Below are positions 1-9,413 of a DNA stretch of 63,101 nt, piece by piece. The notes under the pieces are model-generated. The model did no database searches and was not told the origin of the DNA. It worked only from the letters and a program-made list of their open reading frames with translations. Position numbers and translations under genes: made by a program. This stretch comes from Actinomycetota bacterium (GTDB lineage: Bacteria > Actinomycetota > Actinomycetes > Nanopelagicales > Nanopelagicaceae): assembly GCA_009705035.1 (NCBI GenBank), contig WLDB01000001.1:1-63101 (forward strand), given 5' to 3'. Each line of letters starts with the position of its first letter. Positions within the stretch are counted from its first letter, which is position 1.

Positions 1-140
1 AGTGAGATGTTAGCTGCGAGTGTTGAGCCAAGTACTGCTACCGCTGCAACTGTTGCAAGGCCAGCAAGTGACTTGAGATTGCTCTTCTTTGATGCTGTTT
101 TACGAGGCGCCGGAGCGTTCTCGAACTTTAGGATTTCCAT
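1..140 (-). CDS. Exported protein, only its 5' part lies in the window (MEILKFENAPAPRKTASKKSNLKSLAGLATVAAVAVLGSTLAANISL...); probable paralog of 251..1009
   Basis: Manual translation of the minus strand from ATG at 140, with AAGGA immediately upstream. Basic n-region, hydrophobic h-region and STLAA; open to the window edge. Not in the ORF track. Confidence 0.8.
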   Translation of the reverse strand, partial: MEILKFENAPAPRKTASKKSNLKSLAGLATVAAVAVLGSTLAANIS

Positions 141-221
141 TCCTTATTTCCCCATTCTAATTAACGATTCCACTCTAGGTACTGCACCTTCACTTCGCCG
201 TGGGCGCGAAGCTTAGGTATG

Positions 222-241
222 CCCACCAATTTCTTGGCGGG
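222..241 (-). terminator. Stem-loop CCCGCCAA-GAAA-TTGGTGGG downstream of 251..1009 (terminator or stabilising hairpin)
   Basis: 8-bp stem with one G-U pair and a GNRA loop, ~10 nt after the stop codon; no clear U-tract. Confidence 0.45.
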
Positions 242-250
242 AATTCTTAT

Positions 251-1009
251 TTACTGCGTCGGCGAGGCCGTTGGTGATGCTGATGGAGCCGGCTGCGTTG
301 CTTGCGCAATTAGCGCAGCTGGGTTGTCGATTGTTTCGACTGTGGTGCGGAAGACGCTCTGTCCATCGATATTGACTGCAGTGCGTGCAGGATCGATATA
401 GAAAGTGACATCTGCATTAGTGGCAGAGAGGACGCTTCCGTCATAGATAGAAGTTCCTGAAACTGAAACTGCGGCGCTTGCTAGCAGTGTGCCTGAGATT
501 GGAGCACCTGTTCCTGTTAGATATGTAAGTAAGAGCGCAGTTGAATCGCTGATATTAGAAACTGGCGCCATTGCAGGCAATGAAACCTGCAGAACCTTTG
601 CTTCAGGAATTGAACCAATCATAATTTCTTGCGATGCACCATTGATTAAGCGCACGCGTAATTTTTTACCAGCGCAATTTGCTAAATCTAAATTTGAAAC
701 CGTCACTGCGCGTACTCGAAAGTAACCAGCCGATGGATCGTTCTCAACTGGAGCGGGATGCCACTCTTCACCCATTGCAATGTAAATTTTTTGATCACAG
801 GCAATCGCTTGTTGCGATCCTTGACCAAATTCAAGCGCGCCATTTCCGACAGTTACGCTCGCAGCAAATGTTGAGAAGAGAAAGGGAACGAATCCCATAA
901 CGGCAACACCGAAAACAATTTTCGATTTATATTTTTTACCGCCGCCGAAACCAGAGTTGACGGGACCGCTCAGTGGTGAATGTAATGTCACAAGCGCAGT
1001 CCTTTCCAC
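251..1009 (-). CDS. Uncharacterised exported/membrane-anchored protein (STFAA...EFGQG...ACD type) with Pro/Ser/Thr-rich tail
   Basis: Basic stretch KKYKSK, hydrophobic segment, STFAASVTV, EFGQG, ACD; two Cys; beta-rich body; tail APSASPTASPTQ. Confidence 0.8.
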   Translation of the reverse strand: MERTALVTLHSPLSGPVNSGFGGGKKYKSKIVFGVAVMGFVPFLFSTFAASVTVGNGALEFGQGSQQAIACDQKIYIAMGEEWHPAPVENDPSAGYFRVRAVTVSNLDLANCAGKKLRVRLINGASQEIMIGSIPEAKVLQVSLPAMAPVSNISDSTALLLTYLTGTGAPISGTLLASAAVSVSGTSIYDGSVLSATNADVTFYIDPARTAVNIDGQSVFRTTVETIDNPAALIAQATQPAPSASPTASPTQ

Positions 1010-1133
1010 TCAATAGTTCTACTCGATAGGTAATCGCCAAGGGTGAGCCCCAAGGGGTTAACCCATAGTTTGAGCGCTATCTTAGACGGCGAGTCTGGCC
1101 TGAGTAAAGTTTCCGAGCGTGGGGTTATCCATA

Positions 1134-1160
1134 CTTTTCGCTCTAAAAGGCGGCGAAAAG
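1134..1160 (-). terminator. Inverted repeat CTTTTCGC...GCGAAAAG just after the stop of 1166..2011
   Basis: 8-bp perfect arms at 1134-1141 and 1153-1160. Confidence 0.4.
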
Positions 1161-1165
1161 AGAGC

Positions 1166-2011
1166 TTATTTGAGCTTTCCGCCACCCTTGACGGTCGATA
1201 AATCGAGGCCTAAAGCGCGCACTGTTGTGATTGCGCCAGATTGAGCTGCCGAGCAGATTGCGGGGTCCGCCACAGGCTTGGTCACAGCCACAAATCTAAA
1301 GGTGAGCGAGCGCCCAGCCAGGCCTCCGCTGTTGGAGCTCAGAAATAGCCCGCCGACCGAATTGATGAGATTTATGACCCGATTGGTCTTTGCTGAGATG
1401 ATCAATTGGCCAGATTGGTCTCCGGTAATCAACTCTTCGCCTTCAATTGAGTTATTTGCGACCCCTTTGGCACCTAAATCAAAACGCACGGCAGGGGCTG
1501 AGATACAGGCCATCGTGAATTCGACCTCTGGATCTTCATTTGCGGCATAAATCAAGGGGAGAAAATAGGTTGTAGCTCGGGGGTCGATGCCACCGGTCGC
1601 TGGGATTTTCAAGATATAGCGAGGCTGAATTTCTAGCGCAACACCTGGGCCGTTGGCTGTTGCGCTCTCAGAACTTTCGCCCTCAGGAAGCGGCTCGGCC
1701 GAAGAGTTTGTGATCGCCGGGCGAGAGATCTCTGGTTCTGGGCTAAAGGTGGGATCAGGTGTTGGCGAGGCGGTCGAGGTCTCTGTTGGAGAAATCGTGA
1801 CAGTAGTAGTGGTCTCATCGCTCGCTACTGGCTGCATCATCGATGGATCATCTGCCAACTCATCTGCCAGAGTCGGAGCAATCGTAGAAATCACGGCGGC
1901 AAAGAGTGTGAAGGCGAGAAAACGTGCCAAGAACTTTACTGACCGCTTTTCGGAATGGAAGTAGCCATCGAGGCGGTAACGCACCCGATTGATGAGCTCA
2001 TCCAATGACAT
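1166..2011 (-). CDS. Uncharacterised exported protein with Thr/Ser/Pro/Glu-rich linker and C-terminal globular domain
   Basis: One hydrophobic segment ending APTLA, then ETTTTVTISPTETSTASPTPDPT linker; two Cys in the C-domain; leaderless-type TATATT-N6-ATG. Confidence 0.8.
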   Translation of the reverse strand: MSLDELINRVRYRLDGYFHSEKRSVKFLARFLAFTLFAAVISTIAPTLADELADDPSMMQPVASDETTTTVTISPTETSTASPTPDPTFSPEPEISRPAITNSSAEPLPEGESSESATANGPGVALEIQPRYILKIPATGGIDPRATTYFLPLIYAANEDPEVEFTMACISAPAVRFDLGAKGVANNSIEGEELITGDQSGQLIISAKTNRVINLINSVGGLFLSSNSGGLAGRSLTFRFVAVTKPVADPAICSAAQSGAITTVRALGLDLSTVKGGGKLK

Positions 2012-2025
2012 GTTAGAAATATACC

Positions 2026-3774
2026 CTAGCTCGTCGGCCCTGGAACATAGATGAGGTTGAGCTCCTTCATTACCTTCTGAATCGAAGCGGCGAGAGCGAC
2101 GTCGCCAGCCTTGGATGCGTAATACATACCAATCTCAATCGATTTACTACGGGCTGGGGCAATCTCGTGGAGGTAATAGGCGTAGGTACGGAGCGCAGTG
2201 AGATCTCCGCTATTGATCGCCGCCTGAGCTTTCGCAATAGTGGCGGCAACGCAACGTGGGTTGCCATTGAGCTCATCGTCGGCGAGGTCGAGCACCATCT
2301 CGCTACCTTGCTTCTGGAGCATGAGCGTTTCAGCATCAAAGTACATGAAGCATGGAATCACTGGAGATGGCGTGTACTTAATCAGCGCCGAATTATCGCG
2401 CCCGTATTTATCAACGTTCATGAGGTAATTCGCTTGGCCGGCGATGAAGAATCCTGTTGAAAGGATTACCGCCGGAAGAGCGATCAGTGCTGCTGTTCTT
2501 GTAAAAATCTTGCCATCGCTTGCTGCGCGTTTTATGCGGTAAACCTGACCGACGATAAAACCGAGCACGGCCCAGAAGAGGAACTTATGTGATGGTGTAA
2601 TCGGGCTAATAAATGAGTTGCTTAAATAAACAAATATGTAGAGACCTAGGATAAAAGTGACCTTACGATCAATTTTGCGAGAATCCCAAAGGATCAATAG
2701 TGAACGGATGACGATTGTGAGTAGGAATACGTAGGCAAGGGTTCCGAAGATGCCCAAGGTGGCAAGTGTCTGTACTGCTGCACCATGTGCATCATTACTC
2801 AAGATATCCGGATAATTCTTTAAATCATCGAGTGTCCGATATTGCTCGTAATGGTTACCGTATTGGTCAGGTCCAACACCAAAAAATGGGTGTGCAAAAA
2901 ACTGTCGAACTGCATCTATCCAGAAGTTTCCACGAATCTTTACTTGAATATCATTACCTAAAACCGGAACCTTATCCCCCAAGAAGGGCATAAGAAATAT
3001 TGCTTCTGCATAAATAATGACTGCAAAGGTACCGAGAAGCGTTCTGATATTAAGCGACCAGCTAAAGCGAGGAATTCTCTTACGGATCAAGAATATAGAG
3101 ATACCCAATATGGTGAGAGCAATATCAACATAACCTTGCAACGGTCCAGCAAAGTAAAGAGCCGAGAAATTCAGTATCGCAAGAGTTGCTAAAAGGATGC
3201 GTAATCGAAAATTTACATTGAGGGCTAAGAGAATAAGCAAAGGGTATGAAGTGCCCACGAAGGCTGCAAAGAAATCAGTGTTTCCTAATGTTGATGCAAC
3301 GCCATGAGCACCAGGGAACTCAAGAAGATCAAAGTGTTGTGCCAAACCGAGAAGAACTACAGCCTCAATACCAATTAAGTATCCCCAGAGCAATTTGATG
3401 AAATTCTCAAAGTTAAATTGGGTGTGAAAAATTGCAACGATGACAAGTGCTAGGGCTGAGAAGAATCCTACGAATCTTCCTGAATCTCCATAGAGCGAAC
3501 CGATTACATTGCCACTTAAGAAAACTGAAACCAACTGAGTAAATACCAGAGCCAAAACTGCATAAACTGCGATTCTCTGAAATCTAAAGCGCTCGGGATT
3601 AAGCGCAATGAGAATGAGAAAGAGTGAAGCGAGTGATGTCAGCAGTGTGAACTGAACCGGTGCATTCTTGTCGAAGGCATATCGAAAGAGATTGTCAGGA
3701 ATATGCAGAACCGCGAGAAGCAGAAAGCCCAGAGCAGCAAAGATGAGAGAGCGTTGCTTACGCAAAGTGCTCAT
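2026..3774 (-). CDS. O-antigen ligase / O-oligosaccharyltransferase (Wzy_C) family membrane protein
   Basis: ~12 hydrophobic segments; STLGNTDFFA; RGNFW..A...F..HPFFGVG and DAHG (HAHN-like) motifs; soluble C-terminal extension. Confidence 0.8.
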   Translation of the reverse strand: MSTLRKQRSLIFAALGFLLLAVLHIPDNLFRYAFDKNAPVQFTLLTSLASLFLILIALNPERFRFQRIAVYAVLALVFTQLVSVFLSGNVIGSLYGDSGRFVGFFSALALVIVAIFHTQFNFENFIKLLWGYLIGIEAVVLLGLAQHFDLLEFPGAHGVASTLGNTDFFAAFVGTSYPLLILLALNVNFRLRILLATLAILNFSALYFAGPLQGYVDIALTILGISIFLIRKRIPRFSWSLNIRTLLGTFAVIIYAEAIFLMPFLGDKVPVLGNDIQVKIRGNFWIDAVRQFFAHPFFGVGPDQYGNHYEQYRTLDDLKNYPDILSNDAHGAAVQTLATLGIFGTLAYVFLLTIVIRSLLILWDSRKIDRKVTFILGLYIFVYLSNSFISPITPSHKFLFWAVLGFIVGQVYRIKRAASDGKIFTRTAALIALPAVILSTGFFIAGQANYLMNVDKYGRDNSALIKYTPSPVIPCFMYFDAETLMLQKQGSEMVLDLADDELNGNPRCVAATIAKAQAAINSGDLTALRTYAYYLHEIAPARSKSIEIGMYYASKAGDVALAASIQKVMKELNLIYVPGPTS

Positions 3775-3777
3775 GAA

Positions 3778-5115
<1,338 letters not shown>

Positions 5116-5149
5116 CTAACGGTTCAATTTTGCCTAACGGTTCAATTTT
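5116..5149. repeat. 16-bp perfect direct repeat CTAACGGTTCAATTTT x2 (18-bp period) upstream of argG
   Basis: Copies at 5116-5131 and 5134-5149; the second covers the stop codon of the upstream gene. Confidence 0.9.
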
Positions 5150-6312
5150 CCTTCAAGAACAGGCTTAACACCCCAGAGCTCAATCATTGAGCGATATTGG
5201 CTTTCATCATCGGCGGTAGGTTGCGCGCCTGTCTTTACGGCTCGAATCATCAAGTTTCTGGGAGTGTGCACTCCCCCAATAAATTCGATGGCCTCTACAC
5301 GATATCCCTGCAATTTCATCAATTGGATACGTAGTGAATCTGTAATGAGATCACCGAGGCGCTCTCGCATTATTCCGTGACGAGTAATCAACGCCCAAGG
5401 CTCTGGTGCAATCTTTATTTGGGCTTGAATATCATGATGACAACATGGCGCAAATAATGCGAGCGGAACATTGCGATTTACTGCCCAAGCAATTGCATCA
5501 TCGGTTGCTGTGTCACATGCATGAAGTGCGATTGCAACATCTGCTTCTTCAACGGATGCGGATGCAATTTCTTCTGCGAAGAATTCAATTGAAGATTCAA
5601 TTCCTAACTTTTGAGCAATCTGGTTGTTACGAACTCGTGAAGATTCTCGTACATCAATTCCAATTACTTTGACTGGAATCTGATGCGCTTGCAAATATTG
5701 ATGTGCAGCAAAAGTAAGGTAAGCATGACCGCAACCAAGATCCACAATCTTTAAAGGGTTCTCTGAGGTTGGGATACGAACGTGCCCTGCGCTCATCGCT
5801 TCATTGAGGGTTGGTACTAGTAGCCGAAGAAATTCTTCTACCTGCAGGTATTTATCCATCATGGAAGGTTTGATGCTTCCTGATTTATCTGAAATTCCAA
5901 CTTCTCTTAAAAATGCATCGCTCGAATCTAATAGGCGTTCTTTTTTGCGATCATGAGACAAGATTTGTTGGCCTTCAGATTTTCCTCTGGTTAAAAGAGG
6001 TTGCCCTTTTTTTGAAAATCGTAGAGCAAGCGTTTCTGATGTTGTTTCAACCAAAATATTGGCATAACCAGATTGTGCCAGCTCAAGAAATGGAAGCTCA
6101 TCTGGGAGATAGTTCTTTGTGGTCATAGCTCGTCCATCGCTATAGGTCATCTGCGCCATTATGTTTTTCTTTATTTCAACTGGGCGAATATCGATACGTT
6201 CGTGAGCTACATCCATATTACGTCTACGCCCCGAGAGAACGGCGCGCAAAAATTTTGGAGAATCGAGAATTGCTTCATGCAGCTCTTGCAACGCTGAATC
6301 AATCTCGTTCAT
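5134..6312 (-). CDS. Class I SAM-dependent methyltransferase (Methyltransf_32-like)
   Basis: IVDLGCGHAYLTF, ALHACDTATD, APCCHH, HTPRN. Confidence 0.88.
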   Translation of the reverse strand: MNEIDSALQELHEAILDSPKFLRAVLSGRRRNMDVAHERIDIRPVEIKKNIMAQMTYSDGRAMTTKNYLPDELPFLELAQSGYANILVETTSETLALRFSKKGQPLLTRGKSEGQQILSHDRKKERLLDSSDAFLREVGISDKSGSIKPSMMDKYLQVEEFLRLLVPTLNEAMSAGHVRIPTSENPLKIVDLGCGHAYLTFAAHQYLQAHQIPVKVIGIDVRESSRVRNNQIAQKLGIESSIEFFAEEIASASVEEADVAIALHACDTATDDAIAWAVNRNVPLALFAPCCHHDIQAQIKIAPEPWALITRHGIMRERLGDLITDSLRIQLMKLQGYRVEAIEFIGGVHTPRNLMIRAVKTGAQPTADDESQYRSMIELWGVKPVLEGKLNR

Positions 6313-6329
6313 AGCGCTATGGTAGCGAT

Positions 6330-7586
6330 TTACTTATTAGAACCACTTTGTTTAGGTGCTCCAGAACTAGAGACCATTGGCAAAGTGACAATCACAGCTA
6401 ACCCCCCTAATTGGCTCGGGCGTAGGTAAAACTCGCCACCAATCTTTTCGACAACTGCGGTCATGATGCTTAAACCAAGGCCTGACCCACCATTTTCACG
6501 TGAGCGAGATTTATCAAATCGGTTGAGGGTCCGTAATTTGTCGCGATACGCACCTTGTGGCAATCCAGGGCCGCCATCTTCGATAGCCAAGTGAATATTT
6601 CTGCCAATCCGAGTCAGAGTTATTCGAACCGGCGCGTCGACTGGAGTGTGCCTTGCAATATTGCCTAGTGCATTCTGAATAAATCGCGATAGATACTCCT
6701 TTAGCGCAAGAACTTCGAGGTTATCTGAGATCTCAATCTCTACCTTTCGCGCAGGATGAAGCGTTGCAAAATCATCGCTATGGGCGCGAAGGATTGCGCT
6801 CAGATCTAGAACCTCTTGATTGCGCACCGCTGACTCTCCAAGTTCTGCCAACAGGAGCAAGTCATGAATGAGACCTTCCATTCTGCCAATTTCAGAGTTA
6901 ACTCGGTCAAACGCACGTCCCTGCATTTCGATATCAGATATCTGACCTTTACTGAGCATCTCAACGTAACCTTTAATAACAGTCAATGGCGTACGTAACT
7001 CATGTGAGGCATCCCCCAAAAACTCTTGCATTCGCGCAAGTGCATCTACATCATCGCGTCGTTTAATTCTTCGAATGAAGATAGCGAGCAAGATAAAGGC
7101 AAGAAAATTAGCAATCGCACTAAAGCCTGCGACTGCAACAAGGTTGGCGCGAAGTGCCATGGCAGCAGCTTCAATAGAACCTGCAACAATTAAATAATCC
7201 CCACCTGCGATTTCAAGGGCTTGGTAATGAAAATCTTCACCATCAAGACCGCCGCTAACACGACCTTTTGAAGATTTAACATCGTTTAACGAAAATTCCT
7301 TATATGGAAGTTCGGTAGATTCATTAATTGTTGTTAGCTCATCATCACGTGATAGAAGAAAAAGTGAAAGATCTAATGAGTACTGATCAAGAAAGAAGAG
7401 CGAAGCACTGAGTTCACGCCCTGGATTTTCTATAGCTGCTTGAATTGTTTCTTTTATTCGCGAGTCAACCTTCGCTTGATCATTCTGATAAGTGTGAACG
7501 GATGCATAGCCACCGATTCCGACTGTTAAAAGTGTAGTGACCGCAATTGTGACCAGACGTAGACGGGTAGTTGAGTTGAGATTCAC
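6330..7586 (-). CDS. Sensor histidine kinase (PhoR/TcrY-like)
   Basis: Two TM segments; DASHELRTPL H-box; EDGGPG; RFDKSRSRENGGSGLGLSI. Confidence 0.93.
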   Translation of the reverse strand: MNLNSTTRLRLVTIAVTTLLTVGIGGYASVHTYQNDQAKVDSRIKETIQAAIENPGRELSASLFFLDQYSLDLSLFLLSRDDELTTINESTELPYKEFSLNDVKSSKGRVSGGLDGEDFHYQALEIAGGDYLIVAGSIEAAAMALRANLVAVAGFSAIANFLAFILLAIFIRRIKRRDDVDALARMQEFLGDASHELRTPLTVIKGYVEMLSKGQISDIEMQGRAFDRVNSEIGRMEGLIHDLLLLAELGESAVRNQEVLDLSAILRAHSDDFATLHPARKVEIEISDNLEVLALKEYLSRFIQNALGNIARHTPVDAPVRITLTRIGRNIHLAIEDGGPGLPQGAYRDKLRTLNRFDKSRSRENGGSGLGLSIMTAVVEKIGGEFYLRPSQLGGLAVIVTLPMVSSSGAPKQSGSNK

Positions 7587-8269
7587 TTCTTCTCAGCCTG
7601 CAGCTGAAAACCTACGCCACGAATTGTGCGAATTCCTTCGAAGCCGTCCCTATGTAGTTTTTTGCGCAAGTATGAGATGTAAGTATCAACGACGGTTGTT
7701 TCAGTCTCAAAGTTGATTCCCCAAACTTCATCAAGCAAAACACTCTTGCTCAGCACTCTTCCTTTTGATTCAAGAAGTACATGAAGTAATCGAAATTCTG
7801 TTGGTGAGAGGTCAACGACTTCACCATTAAAGCTGACTTGGTGTGAGGCCTCATCAAGTGCAATGGGACCACATGAAAGTGAAATTGAAGAGGATTCATT
7901 AAACTGTGAACGACGCAAGATTGCGCGAATGCGTAAAACTAGTTCTTCTAACCCAAAAGGCTTTGTCACGTAATCATCAGCGCCGAGAGTAAGCCCCCTT
8001 GTGACATCTGCTCGATCAGCACGTGCACTTAACATCAACGCTGGGGTCTGATCACCATTTGAGCGAATTTTCTCAATGAACTCAAAGCCATCCATCAGTG
8101 GCATGTTGATATCGACAACCAGGAGATCTGGTTTTGAGGTACGTAAAATTGTTTGTGCGATCATCGCATCAGCGGCGGTTAAAGTTTCGAATCCGGCGAG
8201 CTTGAGAGCATCGGCTAAGAGTTCGCGGACTCCCGCCTCGTCATCAATGATGAGAATTAGCTGAGCCAT
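7583..8269 (-). CDS. OmpR/PhoP-family response regulator
   Basis: IIDDE, VDINMP..DG, GADDYVTKPF, wHTH VVDTYISYLRKKL...RGVGF; 4-nt overlap with the kinase. Confidence 0.95.
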   Translation of the reverse strand: MAQLILIIDDEAGVRELLADALKLAGFETLTAADAMIAQTILRTSKPDLLVVDINMPLMDGFEFIEKIRSNGDQTPALMLSARADRADVTRGLTLGADDYVTKPFGLEELVLRIRAILRRSQFNESSSISLSCGPIALDEASHQVSFNGEVVDLSPTEFRLLHVLLESKGRVLSKSVLLDEVWGINFETETTVVDTYISYLRKKLHRDGFEGIRTIRGVGFQLQAEKK

Positions 8270-8338
8270 ACGAGAACCTTGCCATGTTGAGCAGTAATTC
8301 TCTACCTACGAGCGAGACACAGATGAAGAAATCCATTT

Positions 8339-8356
8339 TCACAGGCCTCTCACAAA
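8339..8356 (+). promoter_or_regulatory. PhoP-type direct repeat TCACAGG-N4-TCACAAA
   Basis: 11-bp-period repeat at the -35 position of the 8378 gene (-10 CAGAAT at 8366-8371); resembles the M. tuberculosis PhoP consensus TCACAGC-N4-TCACAGC. Confidence 0.6.
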
Positions 8357-8377
8357 AACTTCGAGCAGAATTAGCCC

Positions 8378-8833
8378 ATGGCTACCCATCACATGCGTAC
8401 GAGAGCACACTTCCCCGTTGCTCTATTTGCGACATCCGTAGTCTTCTCGACTTTCATGATTGCACCTTCATATGCAGATCAAAGCCCTGCTCCAGTTGCG
8501 ACGCTATCTCCGCAAGAGCAGTACAAATTCGATTTTGAAATTTACTTGAACAAACTTAAGGCACGAGAAATTGAGATGAGAATTCTTAATCAGAATTTCA
8601 AAGTCGCAATAGAGAAGGCTCGGCGTGAATACCTTCTCGCATTACGTAGTGCCAAAGGGCCAACCGATAAAAGCTTACTCTCTGCCAAGTTTGATGAAGT
8701 GAAAAGCAGCGCTGCTGCCGAACTAGAACAGGCACGTGAAGAACTAGGTCCTATTCCCGCGCCACCTCAAGAGCCTGCAAAAGGATTTAAATCAAAGATG
8801 AATCGTGACTTTGAGAAGAAAAAATCGCGCTAA
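8378..8833 (+). CDS. Secreted helical/coiled-coil hypothetical protein
   Basis: Signal peptide ending APSYA; charged helical body; Pro-rich LGPIPAPPQEP; CAGAAT-N6-ATG. Confidence 0.75.
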   Translation: MATHHMRTRAHFPVALFATSVVFSTFMIAPSYADQSPAPVATLSPQEQYKFDFEIYLNKLKAREIEMRILNQNFKVAIEKARREYLLALRSAKGPTDKSLLSAKFDEVKSSAAAELEQAREELGPIPAPPQEPAKGFKSKMNRDFEKKKSR

Positions 8834-8838
8834 CAGAT

Positions 8839-9219
8839 TTAGAAAGAATTAATCGCAATCACTAAAGCTGTCAAAATAAAAGCTATTCCTAAAGATTGAA
8901 CAATGATGCTCAGCGCCATTTTTCGATCAGCGGCGAGCGCAGCCTTATCTTCAACTTTTGTGATTGAACCTAATTTTTGAAAATTAAAGGTTCCCATCAA
9001 TCCATATGCCAGGCAGAAACGTTTACGAGATTGAACAAAGCCGATTGCAAATACAGATGCCGGAGCCAAAAGGAAGAATGATGCTAATGGCGAGAAGTTC
9101 GCAATGATTGTATAGAGGGCAAGCGCAAGATAAGTAACTCCGCCAATGATTGCTACTTGACGACGACGTGCAACCTCTGCCCCACCGATATTACATACGC
9201 CGGCTTGATAAGTATCCAA
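8839..9219 (-). CDS. Conserved small membrane protein (CNIG..E...RR type)
   Basis: YQAGVCNIGGAEVARRR and FCLAYG motifs; 3 hydrophobic segments; TTG start abutting the upstream stop. Confidence 0.75.
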   Translation of the reverse strand: MDTYQAGVCNIGGAEVARRRQVAIIGGVTYLALALYTIIANFSPLASFFLLAPASVFAIGFVQSRKRFCLAYGLMGTFNFQKLGSITKVEDKAALAADRKMALSIIVQSLGIAFILTALVIAINSF

Positions 9220-9366
9220 CTATGCATCCTCAAATTCATCTTCATCAATCCATGCATCAACTTCAGAATCTTCTTGCTTCTCAATCCAGCTAAGAAAAGT
9301 TGCTACAGCCCTAAAGGCAAGAAGGGTCACGGTGATGGTAGCGATTATCCGGCGGAGCGCTTTCAT
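9220..9366 (-). CDS. 48-aa single-TM microprotein with acidic tail (MKALRRIIATITVTLLAFRAVATFLSWIEKQEDSEVDAWIDEDEFEDA)
   Basis: Manual translation; TATTTT-N6-ATG leaderless signal; its stop directly abuts the start of 8839..9219; below the ORF-track cutoff. Confidence 0.7.
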   Translation of the reverse strand: MKALRRIIATITVTLLAFRAVATFLSWIEKQEDSEVDAWIDEDEFEDA

Positions 9367-9413
9367 AAGAGAAAAATACTCTCTTTGGCCTAAATATGTG
9401 TGATGTAAGTGGG

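Noticed and set aside
7-900. Plus-strand ORFs 7..216, 219..401, 489..725, 679..900
   Set aside because: Antisense shadows of the better-supported minus-strand exported-protein genes; no motifs.
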